A stretch of 64,000 bases of DNA from Thermodesulfobacteriota bacterium (GCA_965202785.1 OZ241855.1:269793-333792); one strand, 5' to 3'. Shown: positions 31,076 through 41,800, numbered from the stretch's first letter. The notes: generated by a model from the letters alone, not told the origin. Numbers and translations are program-made.

Positions 31076-31868
31076 AAGACTGCTCCTGTGAAGGAAAAGT
31101 CCCTTTTTTTACATCTTCCACGTATCTCTTTGTTGAATCGGAGATTGTCTTTGCAACCTTCGCGTATTTCTTGACGAACTTGGGGAGCGGCTCCGGCGTC
31201 AGGCCGATCATATCGTTTATAACAAGCACCTGTCCGTCGCAATCCACCCCGGACCCTATCCCGACTGTCGGTATTCCTAGACTCTCGGTAACATCTCTGG
31301 CCACCTCAGACAAAACGCTTTCGATAAGCACCATGAAAGCGCCCGCCTGCTCACAGGACTTGGCGAGGTCCAAAAGCGTTTCGCGCTCGCCCGGCAGACT
31401 TCCCTGTACCTTGTAACCACCCATTACGTGAACAGACTGCGGACAAAGTCCTATATGAGCAACAACGGGAATCCCGGCTTTCTGGATGCGGTACACGGTA
31501 TCTACGTATGCATCATTTACCTCAAGCTTAACCGACTCGGCTCTCCCCTCTTTTAAAAGTCTTCCGGCGCTTTCTATAGCATCTTCGGAAGACTTCTGAT
31601 AGGAAAGAAATGGCATATCCGAGCACAAATGAGCCCGGTCCACTCCTCTTGAGACAATCTTCGTGTGATAAATCATTTCATCCAGCGTAACAGAAAGCGT
31701 ATCTTCAAGGCCTTGAACCACGTTGCCTAGAGAATCCCCAACCAGAACAACATCTACTCCCGCTGCGTCCACTATCGCGGCGATGGTAGCATCGTACGCC
31801 GTTATCATGGCAATCTTCTCGCCCTGCTCTTTCATTTTGCGAAAATCAGTTGTTCTCAGCTTTTTCAT
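31068..31868 (-). CDS. panB: 3-methyl-2-oxobutanoate hydroxymethyltransferase
   Basis: 266 aa; KIAMITAYD start typical of PanB. Confidence 0.9.
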   Translation of the reverse strand: MKKLRTTDFRKMKEQGEKIAMITAYDATIAAIVDAAGVDVVLVGDSLGNVVQGLEDTLSVTLDEMIYHTKIVSRGVDRAHLCSDMPFLSYQKSSEDAIESAGRLLKEGRAESVKLEVNDAYVDTVYRIQKAGIPVVAHIGLCPQSVHVMGGYKVQGSLPGERETLLDLAKSCEQAGAFMVLIESVLSEVARDVTESLGIPTVGIGSGVDCDGQVLVINDMIGLTPEPLPKFVKKYAKVAKTISDSTKRYVEDVKKGTFPSQEQSYG

Positions 31869-31904
31869 TATTCGACCCTATCTCTTTTTCGAAACTGCGA
31901 GAGA

Positions 31905-32570
31905 TCACTCAACGTATATTCTGGCTGAATATCCCCGCTTCCTCAAAACTACGCGAAGCATCTCGGCGTCTTTCCTTTTCTTAAACCTGCCAACCCTCAC
32001 CCTGTAATAAGTATCCCCCTCAAAGGCAAAAGATTCCACTCTCACATCCTCGTCCGTGACACGCGAAAGCTTTCTTTTGAGTTCATTGGCCGCCGCTTTG
32101 CTTCGAAAAGAGCCGGCTTGGACTGTGTAGAGGGAGATGAAAAGGCTTTCTGACCTTTCAGAGGGCGTCGACAGTACTTCTATTTTCACCTCCGCAACAC
32201 CACTTCTGACAAGTCCGATGGATTTTGCGGCCGCGTATGAGAGATCTATCACCCTGCCCCTTACGTAAGGCCCCCTGTCATTTATCCTGACTTTTACCTT
32301 CCTGCCATTCTCGCGATTGGTAACGCGTACGACGGTACCAAAAGGAAGCTCCTTGTGCGCCGCAGTATAAGCATTTCTGTTGAATACCTCGCCACTTGCG
32401 GACCTCTTTCCATGCTCCTTGTCCCCATACCAGGAAGCCTTGCCGTACTGTACGGCATCCGTCGACCTGGGCCGCTGAAAATCCCGGCTTTCCCACCTCG
32501 GGGAACCTGAGAAAGGAGAGCAACCGGCCGCAAAAAACGCAATCAGAACGGCAAACCTGATCCAGATCAT
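31905..32570 (-). CDS. rlpA: septal ring lytic transglycosylase RlpA-family lipoprotein with C-terminal SPOR domain
   Basis: lipobox FFAAGCSP; DPBB region ASWYGDKEHGKRSASGEVF; C-terminal SPOR-like repeat. Confidence 0.8.
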   Translation of the reverse strand: MIWIRFAVLIAFFAAGCSPFSGSPRWESRDFQRPRSTDAVQYGKASWYGDKEHGKRSASGEVFNRNAYTAAHKELPFGTVVRVTNRENGRKVKVRINDRGPYVRGRVIDLSYAAAKSIGLVRSGVAEVKIEVLSTPSERSESLFISLYTVQAGSFRSKAAANELKRKLSRVTDEDVRVESFAFEGDTYYRVRVGRFKKRKDAEMLRVVLRKRGYSARIYVE

Positions 32571-32701
32571 AAGGTTCTATTTTACCATAACGAATTCCCT
32601 CGCAGACACTGACATGCTGTAAATATCCGTTCTACCGTCCGCAATCTTGAGATTATAAGCGGTTATAATAAAATAGTGCCACCAAAAAATAGGCAGATAC
32701 G

Positions 32702-33898
32702 ATGAACCGGCCGGATCATAATTTTTCCCTGATAAACCGAATCCCCCCTTATGTGCTCGGCGTAGTCAACGAACTTAAACACCAAGCACGCGCCAGGGGA
32801 GAGGATATAATCGACCTCGGAATGGGGAATCCCGATCAGGCAACGCCGGACCATATAGTGGAGAAACTGCGCGAGGCAGTAGGAGAACCCAGAAACCACA
32901 GATACTCCGCCTCCGCCGGATTGCCCAAACTTCGTCTGGCCATAACCGACTGGTACAGAAGAAAATTCGACGTTGACCTCGACCCGGATTCCGAAGCTGT
33001 CGTCACGATAGGATCAAAAGAAGGCATATCGCATTTAATGCTTTCAATACTCTCCCCGGGAGATATAGCGATAGTCCCCGACCCTAGCTACCCAATACAC
33101 AACTACTCCGTAATCATAGCAAGAGGAGACACTCACAGTTGTCCCATGGGGGAAAAAGAAGACTTGATACAGTCAATAGAAAAAACGATAAAGGAAGTGT
33201 GGCCGAAACCCAAAGTGCTTATTCTTTCATTCCCCAACAATCCGACTACACAAGTCATGGACCTTGATTTCTTCGAAAAAATTTGTGATCTAGCACGTCA
33301 AACGGGTCTTATAGTAGTGCATGATCTGGTTTACGCAGAACTGTGTTATGACGGATACAAGGCTCCGAGCATAATGCAGGTAAAGGGAGCCAAAGACGTT
33401 GCGGTGGAATTCTATTCGCTTTCCAAAACCTACAACATGCCCGGCTGGAGGGTCGGCTTCATGGTGGGGAACCCGGAAATCGTTTCCGCACTCAAAAGAA
33501 TAAAAAGCTACCTTGACTACGGAATATTTCAGCCGATCCAGATAGCCGCAATCACCGCTCTCAACGGACCCCAGCAACCCATAGAACATATAAGAGAAAC
33601 CTACAGGTCCAGAAGAGACAAACTGATCGAATCATTTGCAAGGGCCGGATGGGAAATCCCAAAACCAAAAGCGACGATGTTCGTATGGGCACAGATACCT
33701 GAAGAGTTTACGGAAATGGGGTCGCTTGAATTCTCGAAACTTCTTATAGAGAAATCAAAAGTTGCCGTATCCCCCGGAGTGGGATTCGGAAACTACGGAG
33801 AAGGGTTCGTAAGACTTGCACTTGTTGAGAACGAGAACAGAATAACTCAGGCGGCAAGGGGAGTCCGGAAGCTCCTTCAAGGCACCCGCGGCTACTAA
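32702..33898 (+). CDS. class I/II pyridoxal-phosphate aminotransferase (AlaA/AspC-like)
   Basis: 398 aa; SLSKTYNMPGWRVG lysine motif region. Confidence 0.85.
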   Translation: MNRPDHNFSLINRIPPYVLGVVNELKHQARARGEDIIDLGMGNPDQATPDHIVEKLREAVGEPRNHRYSASAGLPKLRLAITDWYRRKFDVDLDPDSEAVVTIGSKEGISHLMLSILSPGDIAIVPDPSYPIHNYSVIIARGDTHSCPMGEKEDLIQSIEKTIKEVWPKPKVLILSFPNNPTTQVMDLDFFEKICDLARQTGLIVVHDLVYAELCYDGYKAPSIMQVKGAKDVAVEFYSLSKTYNMPGWRVGFMVGNPEIVSALKRIKSYLDYGIFQPIQIAAITALNGPQQPIEHIRETYRSRRDKLIESFARAGWEIPKPKATMFVWAQIPEEFTEMGSLEFSKLLIEKSKVAVSPGVGFGNYGEGFVRLALVENENRITQAARGVRKLLQGTRGY

Positions 33899-35730
33899 AA
33901 AGCCTGCCCTATGCTTATAAAAATCTTGAATCTGTCATTTCTCTCCTCGTCCTCGGGGTTTAGAAGGTAGCCGAAATCTGCCCTGATCGGTCCGATAATC
34001 GTATGGTATCTCAATCCAGCACCGGCGGCGTACTTCAGGTTGGAAACACTGAAGCCGAAACTCTTTGAATAAACATTTCCGTAATCGAAGAAAGCTACCG
34101 CTCCAAGCTTGTTAAAAAGCCTGAAGCGGGCTTCAGCGTTACCAACGATCATGGAGTTGCCCCCCAGAGGGTCCCGATCCGAATTAAGCGGACTCAGGTG
34201 CTGAAATGAATAGCCCCTCATGCTTGCACTGCCTCCGGCGAAGAACCTCTTGAAGATCGGCACGTCAAGCGGGTCAGTTTCCCCAAGTGTGGTTATATTT
34301 CCAATCGTCGCCCTTTTTCCCAGAACGATCCCGAAAACGTCCTTGTAGTACCTTAACTCGGCCAGAAACTTCAGGTAATTGGTGCGGGCGGAGCTAGTGG
34401 TCTGAATCGGTGTTTCCATGAAGAAAAACAGCCGCATTCCACTGGTAGGATTTATAAGGCTATTGGTCAGGTCATACTCAACTCCCAGATCAACAACCGT
34501 CAGGAAAACACTGTCGCGGGCACTTTCAATCGGCGTTCTTACCACCTGAGAGTCTATATCCGCGAATACGACGTTTAGCGAACTGAAAAGTGTGAGATAA
34601 TCAAAAAACTCTTTGGACAAAGTACTGTTGAAATCGAAACTCAAACCCTCATAGCCCGGGAAATCATCCCTTCTCACGTCAAGCAAAAAAGCAAGACTGG
34701 AATTCCTGCCAACTAAATGGGGTTGGTCAAGTCTGGCCAGCAATCCCCGTGTCAGGGATGAATAACTGGAAGTGATCTGCAGGGTCCTTCCGCCGTCGAA
34801 AAAATTCCTCTGGCTCCAAGATAGCTGTGCCCTTAAATTGTCCTCCGTGGCGTATCCAACTCCAAGCTTTATCGTTCCGAGTTTTCTTTCGGTAACGCTG
34901 TATATGGTCTGGACCTCGAACTTCTGCTCGTCATAATCAGTATCGACTATAACGGAATTAAAAAGGCCTGTTTCAAAAATGTTCGCCCGCGATTTCTGAG
35001 TCTCTTTGAGAGAAAACAGGTCCCCTTTCTCGTACTCTATCTCCCGCTCGAGAAGTCTGGTGGCAATATCGGAATTTCCCCTAAACATCACGTCGCCGAA
35101 ATAATATTCCTGGCCCGGATCGATGGTGAATTCAACATTAACCTCCCTGCTCCTCAGGCTCACAATCGCTTCGGATTTTACATCCGCCAGAGGATAACCC
35201 CTATCGGAAAACAACTCCGTGATAAGAACTTTTGACTTCTGGTAGCTTATCTGGGAAAAAGGTTTCCCTTCTTTCAAGAGGATTACCTCGGCGACATCGG
35301 AGACGTAATCATCCGGGTGATTACCAAGAACTACTATGTTCAAAGTCTTCACTATTACGGGGTCCCCTTGGTCCACTCTTATTTCTATATCCACTTTTCG
35401 GTTTCCATCCCGGAAATCCAAGGTATGGGTTACCGTAGAACCGTAATAACCATGTTCCCTGAGAACCTGCTCTATTCTTTTTATATCGTCCTCAAGGAAC
35501 TGCTCGTTGAATTCCGGACGTTTTCTCCATGGTCTCCTTGAGGGAAAGGGAGTTATCATGGAGTCCTTTATCCTCTCGAGTTCTATATCTTTTAACCCCT
35601 TTATCCTGATCCCGGAGATAAAAACCGTTTCGTCCTTCTCCGCTTCCTCGGCGCTAACGTCCAGAGTCAAGGGAAAAAGCACGATAAGAAAAAAAAGTCC
35701 CGAAAGCAAAAAAACGACGAATTGAGGCAT
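33895..35730 (-). CDS. Omp85-family outer membrane protein (short BamA/TamA-like, POTRA domains plus C-terminal beta-barrel)
   Basis: signal peptide MPQFVVFLLSGLFFLIVLFPLTLDVSA; C-terminal barrel ending ...ISIGQAF; the track ORF extends to 35823. Confidence 0.8.
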   Translation of the reverse strand: MPQFVVFLLSGLFFLIVLFPLTLDVSAEEAEKDETVFISGIRIKGLKDIELERIKDSMITPFPSRRPWRKRPEFNEQFLEDDIKRIEQVLREHGYYGSTVTHTLDFRDGNRKVDIEIRVDQGDPVIVKTLNIVVLGNHPDDYVSDVAEVILLKEGKPFSQISYQKSKVLITELFSDRGYPLADVKSEAIVSLRSREVNVEFTIDPGQEYYFGDVMFRGNSDIATRLLEREIEYEKGDLFSLKETQKSRANIFETGLFNSVIVDTDYDEQKFEVQTIYSVTERKLGTIKLGVGYATEDNLRAQLSWSQRNFFDGGRTLQITSSYSSLTRGLLARLDQPHLVGRNSSLAFLLDVRRDDFPGYEGLSFDFNSTLSKEFFDYLTLFSSLNVVFADIDSQVVRTPIESARDSVFLTVVDLGVEYDLTNSLINPTSGMRLFFFMETPIQTTSSARTNYLKFLAELRYYKDVFGIVLGKRATIGNITTLGETDPLDVPIFKRFFAGGSASMRGYSFQHLSPLNSDRDPLGGNSMIVGNAEARFRLFNKLGAVAFFDYGNVYSKSFGFSVSNLKYAAGAGLRYHTIIGPIRADFGYLLNPEDEERNDRFKIFISIGQAF

Positions 35731-35810
35731 GCAAAGGAATTCGCACGGGAAGTCGCTGGTATAGTTGCGGTCAGAAAAAGAAGATATAGGTCTATCCATT
35801 TCTATTAATG

Positions 35811-35849
35811 TTAACAAGGACAAACTGACTTTAACAAGAACAAACTGAA
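35811..35849. repeat. imperfect tandem direct repeat (2 x ~19 nt TTAACAAG[G/A]ACAAACTGA) upstream of the Omp85 gene
   Basis: read directly: ttaacaaggacaaactgact / ttaacaagaacaaactgaa. Confidence 0.6.
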
Positions 35850-36085
35850 AAAAACCGGCGGGTCAGAAACAGACGCAGCCACTTCAGCTGTACAAAAGTC
35901 AACGATAACCGGCCGTACGCGTAAAACCACATGCAGAACAATCCCGGACTAAGAAACAGTTGACAAAATTGCCGGATCCACACCGCCTAAGAAGCAACAA
36001 TTCGCATGTACAGCGGCAAAAAGCAAGACCGCTTATATATAATAATACGGCAATATGATATTATTTTTACCGAGGTCGTTTAACC

Positions 36086-36406
36086 ATGGAGCTTTTGCTG
36101 CTTATTCTGTTTGTTCTCCTCGGATTTCTCGCCGGTACATATATACTGGGGACTTTCTTCTCCCTTGTTTTCATGCAGTTGCCGGAGGCTTTCAGGTCAA
36201 GGACCAGCGGGAGTTCTGAAGTGCCGGTGCAGAGGCTTGCGCATCTAGTTTTGGAAACCATAGGATGGTTTCTGTTGCTTCTCTCGCTTATATTCCTAGT
36301 AAACAAGTATCTTGCCGGCTATCAGAAGCTTTTTCTCTGCGGTATATACGTAGCCTTGGCTTTCCACATAGGGACGCTTCTGAATCTTTACGGAAGACCT
36401 TCGTAA
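36086..36406 (+). CDS. small membrane protein, hypothetical
   Basis: 106 aa, three hydrophobic helices. Confidence 0.4.
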   Translation: MELLLLILFVLLGFLAGTYILGTFFSLVFMQLPEAFRSRTSGSSEVPVQRLAHLVLETIGWFLLLLSLIFLVNKYLAGYQKLFLCGIYVALAFHIGTLLNLYGRPS

Positions 36407-36547
36407 AGTGCAAAGAGAAAAATAGGGGGAACCGCTTCGCTTCTTCGTGCCGTGTCAGTATAGGTGCGCTCTCAAACTCAACTAATCCGGTTTTAAAAAT
36501 TCGCGACAGGTCGGAAGATCCAAGAAAAAAACTGCTGTTTTTGCGGG

Positions 36548-37168
36548 TTAGCGCTTTTTCTGCGCTGAAAAGTTACTGTCAATAAACATCTGCCTGGCAG
36601 GATCTCCTGGATCCCCCCTGCGTTTGCGGCGCAGATCCTTCGCCGTCTTTTTTTCCAGAACAGGTTTATGAATATATTCAATTTCTATTGTTCTTTTTTT
36701 AGAGTTCACGCTTGCAAGTACTACTGTGTCCGAAAGATCCCACGACAGAACCTCGTAAGAAAACATTTTCTCCCGCTCGAAAGCGTCGCCGAGAACATTA
36801 GCGAGATCACCGACAAGTTCGTTTTTTGCGAACGCAAAACGGGTCTCATCCTCAAAACTGAACAAGATGGAACTTGACATAAGATTGTCTTTATAAAATT
36901 CAAGCCGGGTTTCATGGTCGGGCGGCGGGTCAAGAGCAACTCCCGACAAGGAACCGTCCAGAACGACTTTTCGTAGATTGTTTGAGTATTTGCGATCAGA
37001 AACAATCTCGAGTTTAGAAAATTCGATCAGATTAAGTGCGTCCTTTCTGGAAGTCCCGAATTCAAAACCGTGGGGAATCCTGAGATTCACCTGGCTTCCC
37101 TCAAGAGGAAAGGGGAAGAGGAAACAAACTGAAAAAATAAGCGTAAGCCAAGTTCTTGCACAATACAT
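36548..37168 (-). CDS. secreted hypothetical protein
   Basis: signal-like MYCARTWLTLIFSVCFLFPFPLEG; the track ORF extends to 37258. Confidence 0.45.
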   Translation of the reverse strand: MYCARTWLTLIFSVCFLFPFPLEGSQVNLRIPHGFEFGTSRKDALNLIEFSKLEIVSDRKYSNNLRKVVLDGSLSGVALDPPPDHETRLEFYKDNLMSSSILFSFEDETRFAFAKNELVGDLANVLGDAFEREKMFSYEVLSWDLSDTVVLASVNSKKRTIEIEYIHKPVLEKKTAKDLRRKRRGDPGDPARQMFIDSNFSAQKKR

Positions 37169-37273
37169 AAGGTTTTCCCGTGATATAAATCGCTTAAACC
37201 CGTGGTATACTTTGGGACCTGTGATTCTAACCGTTTTATACAGGCTTGTTAAACGCAACGCGGTGAAACTTTA

Positions 37274-37741
37274 ATGGAAACGATCATAGGAGTAATCGGA
37301 GCGGCAAACGCAAGTGAGGAGGAAAAAAGAACTTCGGAAGAAGTCGGAGTTCTAATTGCCAGAAGGGATTGTTTTCTGCTTTGTGGCGGAATGGGAGGAG
37401 TTATGGAAGCCGCGTGCCGAGGAGCAAAATCAGCCGGGGGCACCACAATCGGGATTCTCCCCGGCCCCGAAGCCTCATCGGCTAACAGATTCATCGACAT
37501 ACCGATAGTTACGGGGATGGGTGAAGCAAGAAACGTGATAGTAGCGAAGTCAAGCCATTCTATAATCGCCATTGGAGGCAGTTTCGGCACCCTGTCGGAG
37601 ATATCGTTCGCACTTAAGTCCGGAATTCCCGTCATCGGGCTTGACACCTGGGATGTCTCTGAGGAAATTATCAAATGCGAAACCCCGGAACAAGCAGTGA
37701 GAACAGCCTTTGAGCTATCCTCCCTCAGGGAAAAGGCCTGA
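37274..37741 (+). CDS. TIGR00725/LOG-like Rossmann-fold nucleotide-binding protein
   Basis: IGVIGAANASEEE...GGMGGVMEAA...GGSFGTLSE. Confidence 0.7.
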   Translation: METIIGVIGAANASEEEKRTSEEVGVLIARRDCFLLCGGMGGVMEAACRGAKSAGGTTIGILPGPEASSANRFIDIPIVTGMGEARNVIVAKSSHSIIAIGGSFGTLSEISFALKSGIPVIGLDTWDVSEEIIKCETPEQAVRTAFELSSLREKA

Positions 37742-38298
37742 TGAAAACCTCCCCGAACAAGCAAAAAGAAATGGCACTGGAAGAAATCGAAAACCAAATA
37801 AGACGCGTTCCCGATTTCCCGAGCAAAGGGATACTTTTCTACGATATAACCACGCTTGTTAAAAACGCTGAGGCTTTCCGAAAATCCGTTGACATGATGG
37901 CGGAAATACTCACCGGCAAAGAGGTAACCTCATTTGTCGCGCCCGAAAGCCGAGGCTTCATATTCGCTGCCGCCTTATCCTATAAGCTTGAAAAAGAGTT
38001 AATCCTGGTAAGGAAACCTGGCAAGCTGCCGAGCGACACCGCAAGCGTTTCATATGATCTTGAGTACGGGAAAGACGTTCTGGAAATTCACAAAGACGCG
38101 ATAAACGGCAAAAGCAGCGCAGTAATCGTCGATGATCTTCTGGCCACGGGAGGAACGGCACACAGCGCCGGGCGCTTGGTGGAAGAACTGGGAGGAAGCG
38201 TCGTAGGATACCTTTTCCTCGTAGAGCTTACAGGGCTCAAGGGGGCCGAGGCCCTTTCCCCCCACCCTGTCTGGTCCCTACTTAAAATGCCGGGGTAA
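37741..38298 (+). CDS. apt: adenine phosphoribosyltransferase
   Basis: PRPP-binding VIVDDLLATGGTA. Confidence 0.9.
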   Translation: MKTSPNKQKEMALEEIENQIRRVPDFPSKGILFYDITTLVKNAEAFRKSVDMMAEILTGKEVTSFVAPESRGFIFAAALSYKLEKELILVRKPGKLPSDTASVSYDLEYGKDVLEIHKDAINGKSSAVIVDDLLATGGTAHSAGRLVEELGGSVVGYLFLVELTGLKGAEALSPHPVWSLLKMPG

Positions 38299-38301
38299 AG
38301 A

Positions 38302-39402
38302 TTGAAAAAGATAGCAGTCAAAGTCAGTTCAAACGAAGATAATTCCTATGAAATACTGATCGGCCAAGGTCTTGTGAGCCAGATTGCGGGCGATCTGGCC
38401 GAGGCCTCCATAGCTCACTCCCACGCCCTAGTAACCGATTCAAACGTGGCGGATCTCTACGGGGCTAAACTTCTGAGCGATCTTGAGGAAGCACTCCCGG
38501 AAGTCAATATGATTGTCTTCCCGGCGGGAGAGCAAAGCAAGACCAGAGAAATCAAGTCCTTTATAGAAGACAGGATGCTTGAATCGGGATTCGGCAGGGA
38601 CTCTTCGGTCATAGCACTAGGCGGCGGGGTCGTGGGAGACATAGCAGGGTTTGTGGCCGCCACTTACATGAGGGGAGTACCCTGCGTTCAGGTGCCCACA
38701 AGCCTAGTTGCCTGCGTTGACAGTTCGGTGGGAGGAAAAACTGCTGTAGACACCCCTCACGGAAAAAACCTCATCGGTTCCTTCTATCAGCCATGGCGAG
38801 TGTATGTGGACACAGACATGCTTAAAACCCTCGAACCGAAGCAGCTGGCAGAGGGACTCGCCGAGATAATCAAATACGGCGTAATAAGCAGTGAGGATTT
38901 CTTCCAGTACCTAGAAGCAAATATCGAGAAAATCTACGAATTCGACGACGCTACGCTCCTCGAGGTGATAGAGACAAGCTGCAGGATCAAGGCGGAAGTG
39001 GTTGAGAAGGATGAAAAAGAGCAGAACCTGCGGAAAATCCTTAATTTCGGGCACACGGTCGGCCACGCAATCGAGCAGCTATCCGACTATACAATCTCCC
39101 ATGGAGAAGCGATTTCCGCGGGGATGATAATTGAGGGGAGAATCGCTCTGGGTGAAACAGGGTGGAGTGAAAAAGAGCAGGACAGGCTCACCCTTCTTCT
39201 GGAGAGGGCGGGACTTCCTACTGAACCTCCACGCGGGGTAAACGTCGGGAAAGTAATCGACGTCATGAAAATCGACAAGAAAGCCAGAAAAGGCAAGATA
39301 GGAATGTCGCTTCCCGAGCGTATAGGCAAGATGAAAGAACATGAGGGAGATTACGGAATAAAGATCGGGGAGCAGATTATAACTTCCGCTTTTAGATCCT
39401 GA
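38302..39402 (+). CDS. aroB: 3-dehydroquinate synthase (TTG start)
   Basis: GGGVVGDIAGFVAATYMRG and metal-binding residues; 366 aa. Confidence 0.85.
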   Translation: MKKIAVKVSSNEDNSYEILIGQGLVSQIAGDLAEASIAHSHALVTDSNVADLYGAKLLSDLEEALPEVNMIVFPAGEQSKTREIKSFIEDRMLESGFGRDSSVIALGGGVVGDIAGFVAATYMRGVPCVQVPTSLVACVDSSVGGKTAVDTPHGKNLIGSFYQPWRVYVDTDMLKTLEPKQLAEGLAEIIKYGVISSEDFFQYLEANIEKIYEFDDATLLEVIETSCRIKAEVVEKDEKEQNLRKILNFGHTVGHAIEQLSDYTISHGEAISAGMIIEGRIALGETGWSEKEQDRLTLLLERAGLPTEPPRGVNVGKVIDVMKIDKKARKGKIGMSLPERIGKMKEHEGDYGIKIGEQIITSAFRS

Positions 39403-39410
39403 CACGGAAA

Positions 39411-40019
39411 ATGAAGTTAACCGACCCCGCGGTGGACATCTCCTTGTTTTCGCTTCCCATCGGCAAAAAAGACATCTTCTGCGACGAAAAACCTCTAATA
39501 CTTGAGATCGGCTTTGGAGAAGGAGAATTTCTCATAAACGCGGCGCAGTGCGACGCAAGCAGAAACTACCTTGGTATCGAGATCAAGAGAGGAAGATTTC
39601 GAAAAGCGGTGCGTGCTGCGGAAGAGCTCTCTCTGGAAAACTTAAAATTCCTCCACATTGAAGCTGAGATCGCGCTCAGACAGGTCTTCAGACAGGGAAT
39701 GTTTGATCTTGTCCTAGTTAACTTCCCCGACCCTTGGCCGAAGAAAAGACATTCAAAACACAGAATGTTCAACCGGGAATTTATAAGCTGCCTAGCAAAA
39801 GTGCTTACGAGAAGCGGGAGGACCATAATAAAGACCGATCAGTTGAGCTACATTGAGCAGATAGTGTCCGAATTCAAAAGAAGTTGCTTGTTCCGCCCCG
39901 CACACCCTCCACCCGGTTTCGTTGAGGCTCGAAGAGGAGAAACAGAAACGAAATTCGAAAAACATTTCAGGGAAGCCTCGCAAAAGATATTCAGTGCCGT
40001 TTTTCTAAATCTTCGCTAG
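39411..40019 (+). CDS. trmB: tRNA (guanine46-N7)-methyltransferase
   Basis: LEIGFGEGEFL...NFPDPWPKKRH. Confidence 0.85.
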   Translation: MKLTDPAVDISLFSLPIGKKDIFCDEKPLILEIGFGEGEFLINAAQCDASRNYLGIEIKRGRFRKAVRAAEELSLENLKFLHIEAEIALRQVFRQGMFDLVLVNFPDPWPKKRHSKHRMFNREFISCLAKVLTRSGRTIIKTDQLSYIEQIVSEFKRSCLFRPAHPPPGFVEARRGETETKFEKHFREASQKIFSAVFLNLR

Positions 40020-40122
40020 CAAACAGGCTCAATAGGTCGATATGTAAAGACTTTATAATTGACATTAGGGATGTTCTATGTATTAAGTTGTCCGTTCCGC
40101 ACAAAATATGGAGGTTCTTTAA

Positions 40123-41142
40123 ATGATAGTAGTAATGAAGCAAAAGGCGACCAAGGAAGATATAGACAAGGTCAAATCCGTTATAAAGGAACTTGGTTAT
40201 TCGCCGCATTCAATCGAAGGGATTCTCAGGACTGTCATCGGAGTGGTCGGAGACGAAAGAGGTAAGCCGCATGAACTCGACATCCTCAAACAGCTACAGG
40301 GAGTCGAAAAGGTCGTTCCCGTGCTTCAACCCTACAAGCTGACGAGCAGGGAAGTGAACGACGAAACTTCCGTTTTCAATGTGGAAGGCGTTGCAGTAGG
40401 AGACAGGAATATCCCCATAATCGCAGGACCGTGCTCGGTTGAAAACGAAGAACAGATAATGACAATTGCGGCTTCCATAAAAGATTCAGGGGCGTCAATG
40501 CTCAGAGGCGGGGCGTTTAAGCCCAGAACTTCCCCCTATTCCTTCCAAGGTCTTGGAAAAGAGGGACTGGAACTTCTCGTGAAGGCAAAAGAAATGACCG
40601 GACTGCCCATAGTGACCGAAATAATGAGCCCGGACGATCTTGAACTGGTCGAGGAATACGCGGATGTGCTTCAGATCGGAGCGAGAAATTCCCAAAACTA
40701 CTCGCTTTTAAGACATGTCGGCAAGTCGAAGAAGGCCGTCTTGCTAAAACGGGGAATGTCGACAACCATAAACGAATTTCTCATGTGCGCAGAATATATA
40801 CTGTCGGAGGGCAACAGTAACGTAATGCTCTGCGAACGGGGGATAAGAACCTTTGAGACCGCGACCAGAAACACTTTTGACCTGAACGCTATCCCGGTAC
40901 TCAAGGAAAAGACCCACCTGCCTGTTTTCGCCGACCCAAGCCATGGAACCGGCTACTGGCAGTACGTAATTCCAGTAACTTTAGCTTCAATAGCCGCCGG
41001 AGCGGACGGAGTAATAGTCGAGGTTCACAATAACCCGGAGATTGCCGTCAGTGACGGAGCTCAGTCACTTAAACCGAAAACATTCAAAAACCTGATGGAA
41101 AAAGCTGCCCCCGTTGCCGAAGCCATTGGAAGAACCCTTTAG
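40123..41142 (+). CDS. 3-deoxy-7-phosphoheptulonate (DAHP) synthase, type I-beta with N-terminal regulatory domain
   Basis: KDO8P/DAHPS family core; ~70-aa N-terminal ferredoxin-like extension. Confidence 0.85.
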   Translation: MIVVMKQKATKEDIDKVKSVIKELGYSPHSIEGILRTVIGVVGDERGKPHELDILKQLQGVEKVVPVLQPYKLTSREVNDETSVFNVEGVAVGDRNIPIIAGPCSVENEEQIMTIAASIKDSGASMLRGGAFKPRTSPYSFQGLGKEGLELLVKAKEMTGLPIVTEIMSPDDLELVEEYADVLQIGARNSQNYSLLRHVGKSKKAVLLKRGMSTTINEFLMCAEYILSEGNSNVMLCERGIRTFETATRNTFDLNAIPVLKEKTHLPVFADPSHGTGYWQYVIPVTLASIAAGADGVIVEVHNNPEIAVSDGAQSLKPKTFKNLMEKAAPVAEAIGRTL

Positions 41143-41156
41143 AGATTTCTCGGACC

Positions 41157-41768
41157 TCAGTAGGAAATCAGGACTTTTCTTCCACTGATAGTCAGTTTTC
41201 CCTCGCAGAAAAGCCTTATTGCTTCGGGCAGTATCCTGTGTTCCTCAGTATGGACTTTTTCAAGCAGAGTCTCTTCTGTATCTTCCTCCGTAACCGGAAC
41301 AACGGCCTGAAGAATAATGGGGCCCGCGTCAACTTCCTCTCTCACAAAATGGACAGTACAACCCGTCTGTTTCACTCCGTAGTCAAGTGCCTGTCTTACT
41401 GAATTTGTTCCCGGAAAAGAAGGGAGCAAGGAAGGATGAATATTGATGATACGGTCCGCGAAACGGCCTATGAAATAAGGAGTAAGTATCCTCATGAAAC
41501 CGGCAAGTACGACAAGGCCTATTTCATATCTGTCGATTTTCGCGACTATCTGTCTTTCGAACTCTTCCTTTGATTCAAAATTCCTGCTGTTTACGAGTTC
41601 GACGGGAATGCCGTGTTCTCTAGCCCTCTCAATCGCCATGACTCCAGGGGTATCACAGACAACCACGGCTATGTTTGCGGATTCTATGCCGGAATCTATC
41701 ACCGCCTGAAGATTTGTTCCGCTTCCGGAAACAAACACGGCAACGTTGGTCTTTGACATCGCAGGCAC
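41157..41768 (-). CDS. purN: phosphoribosylglycinamide formyltransferase
   Basis: VAVFVSGSGTNLQAV...NIHPSLLP. Confidence 0.9.
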   Translation of the reverse strand: MPAMSKTNVAVFVSGSGTNLQAVIDSGIESANIAVVVCDTPGVMAIERAREHGIPVELVNSRNFESKEEFERQIVAKIDRYEIGLVVLAGFMRILTPYFIGRFADRIINIHPSLLPSFPGTNSVRQALDYGVKQTGCTVHFVREEVDAGPIILQAVVPVTEEDTEETLLEKVHTEEHRILPEAIRLFCEGKLTISGRKVLISY

Positions 41769-41800
41769 CGGAAACTTGAGAAAGCAAGGAAAGAAAGAAA

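Noticed and set aside
35811-35849. CRISPR array
   Set aside because: Only two imperfect adjacent repeat units with no spacers; no cas genes anywhere in the window.
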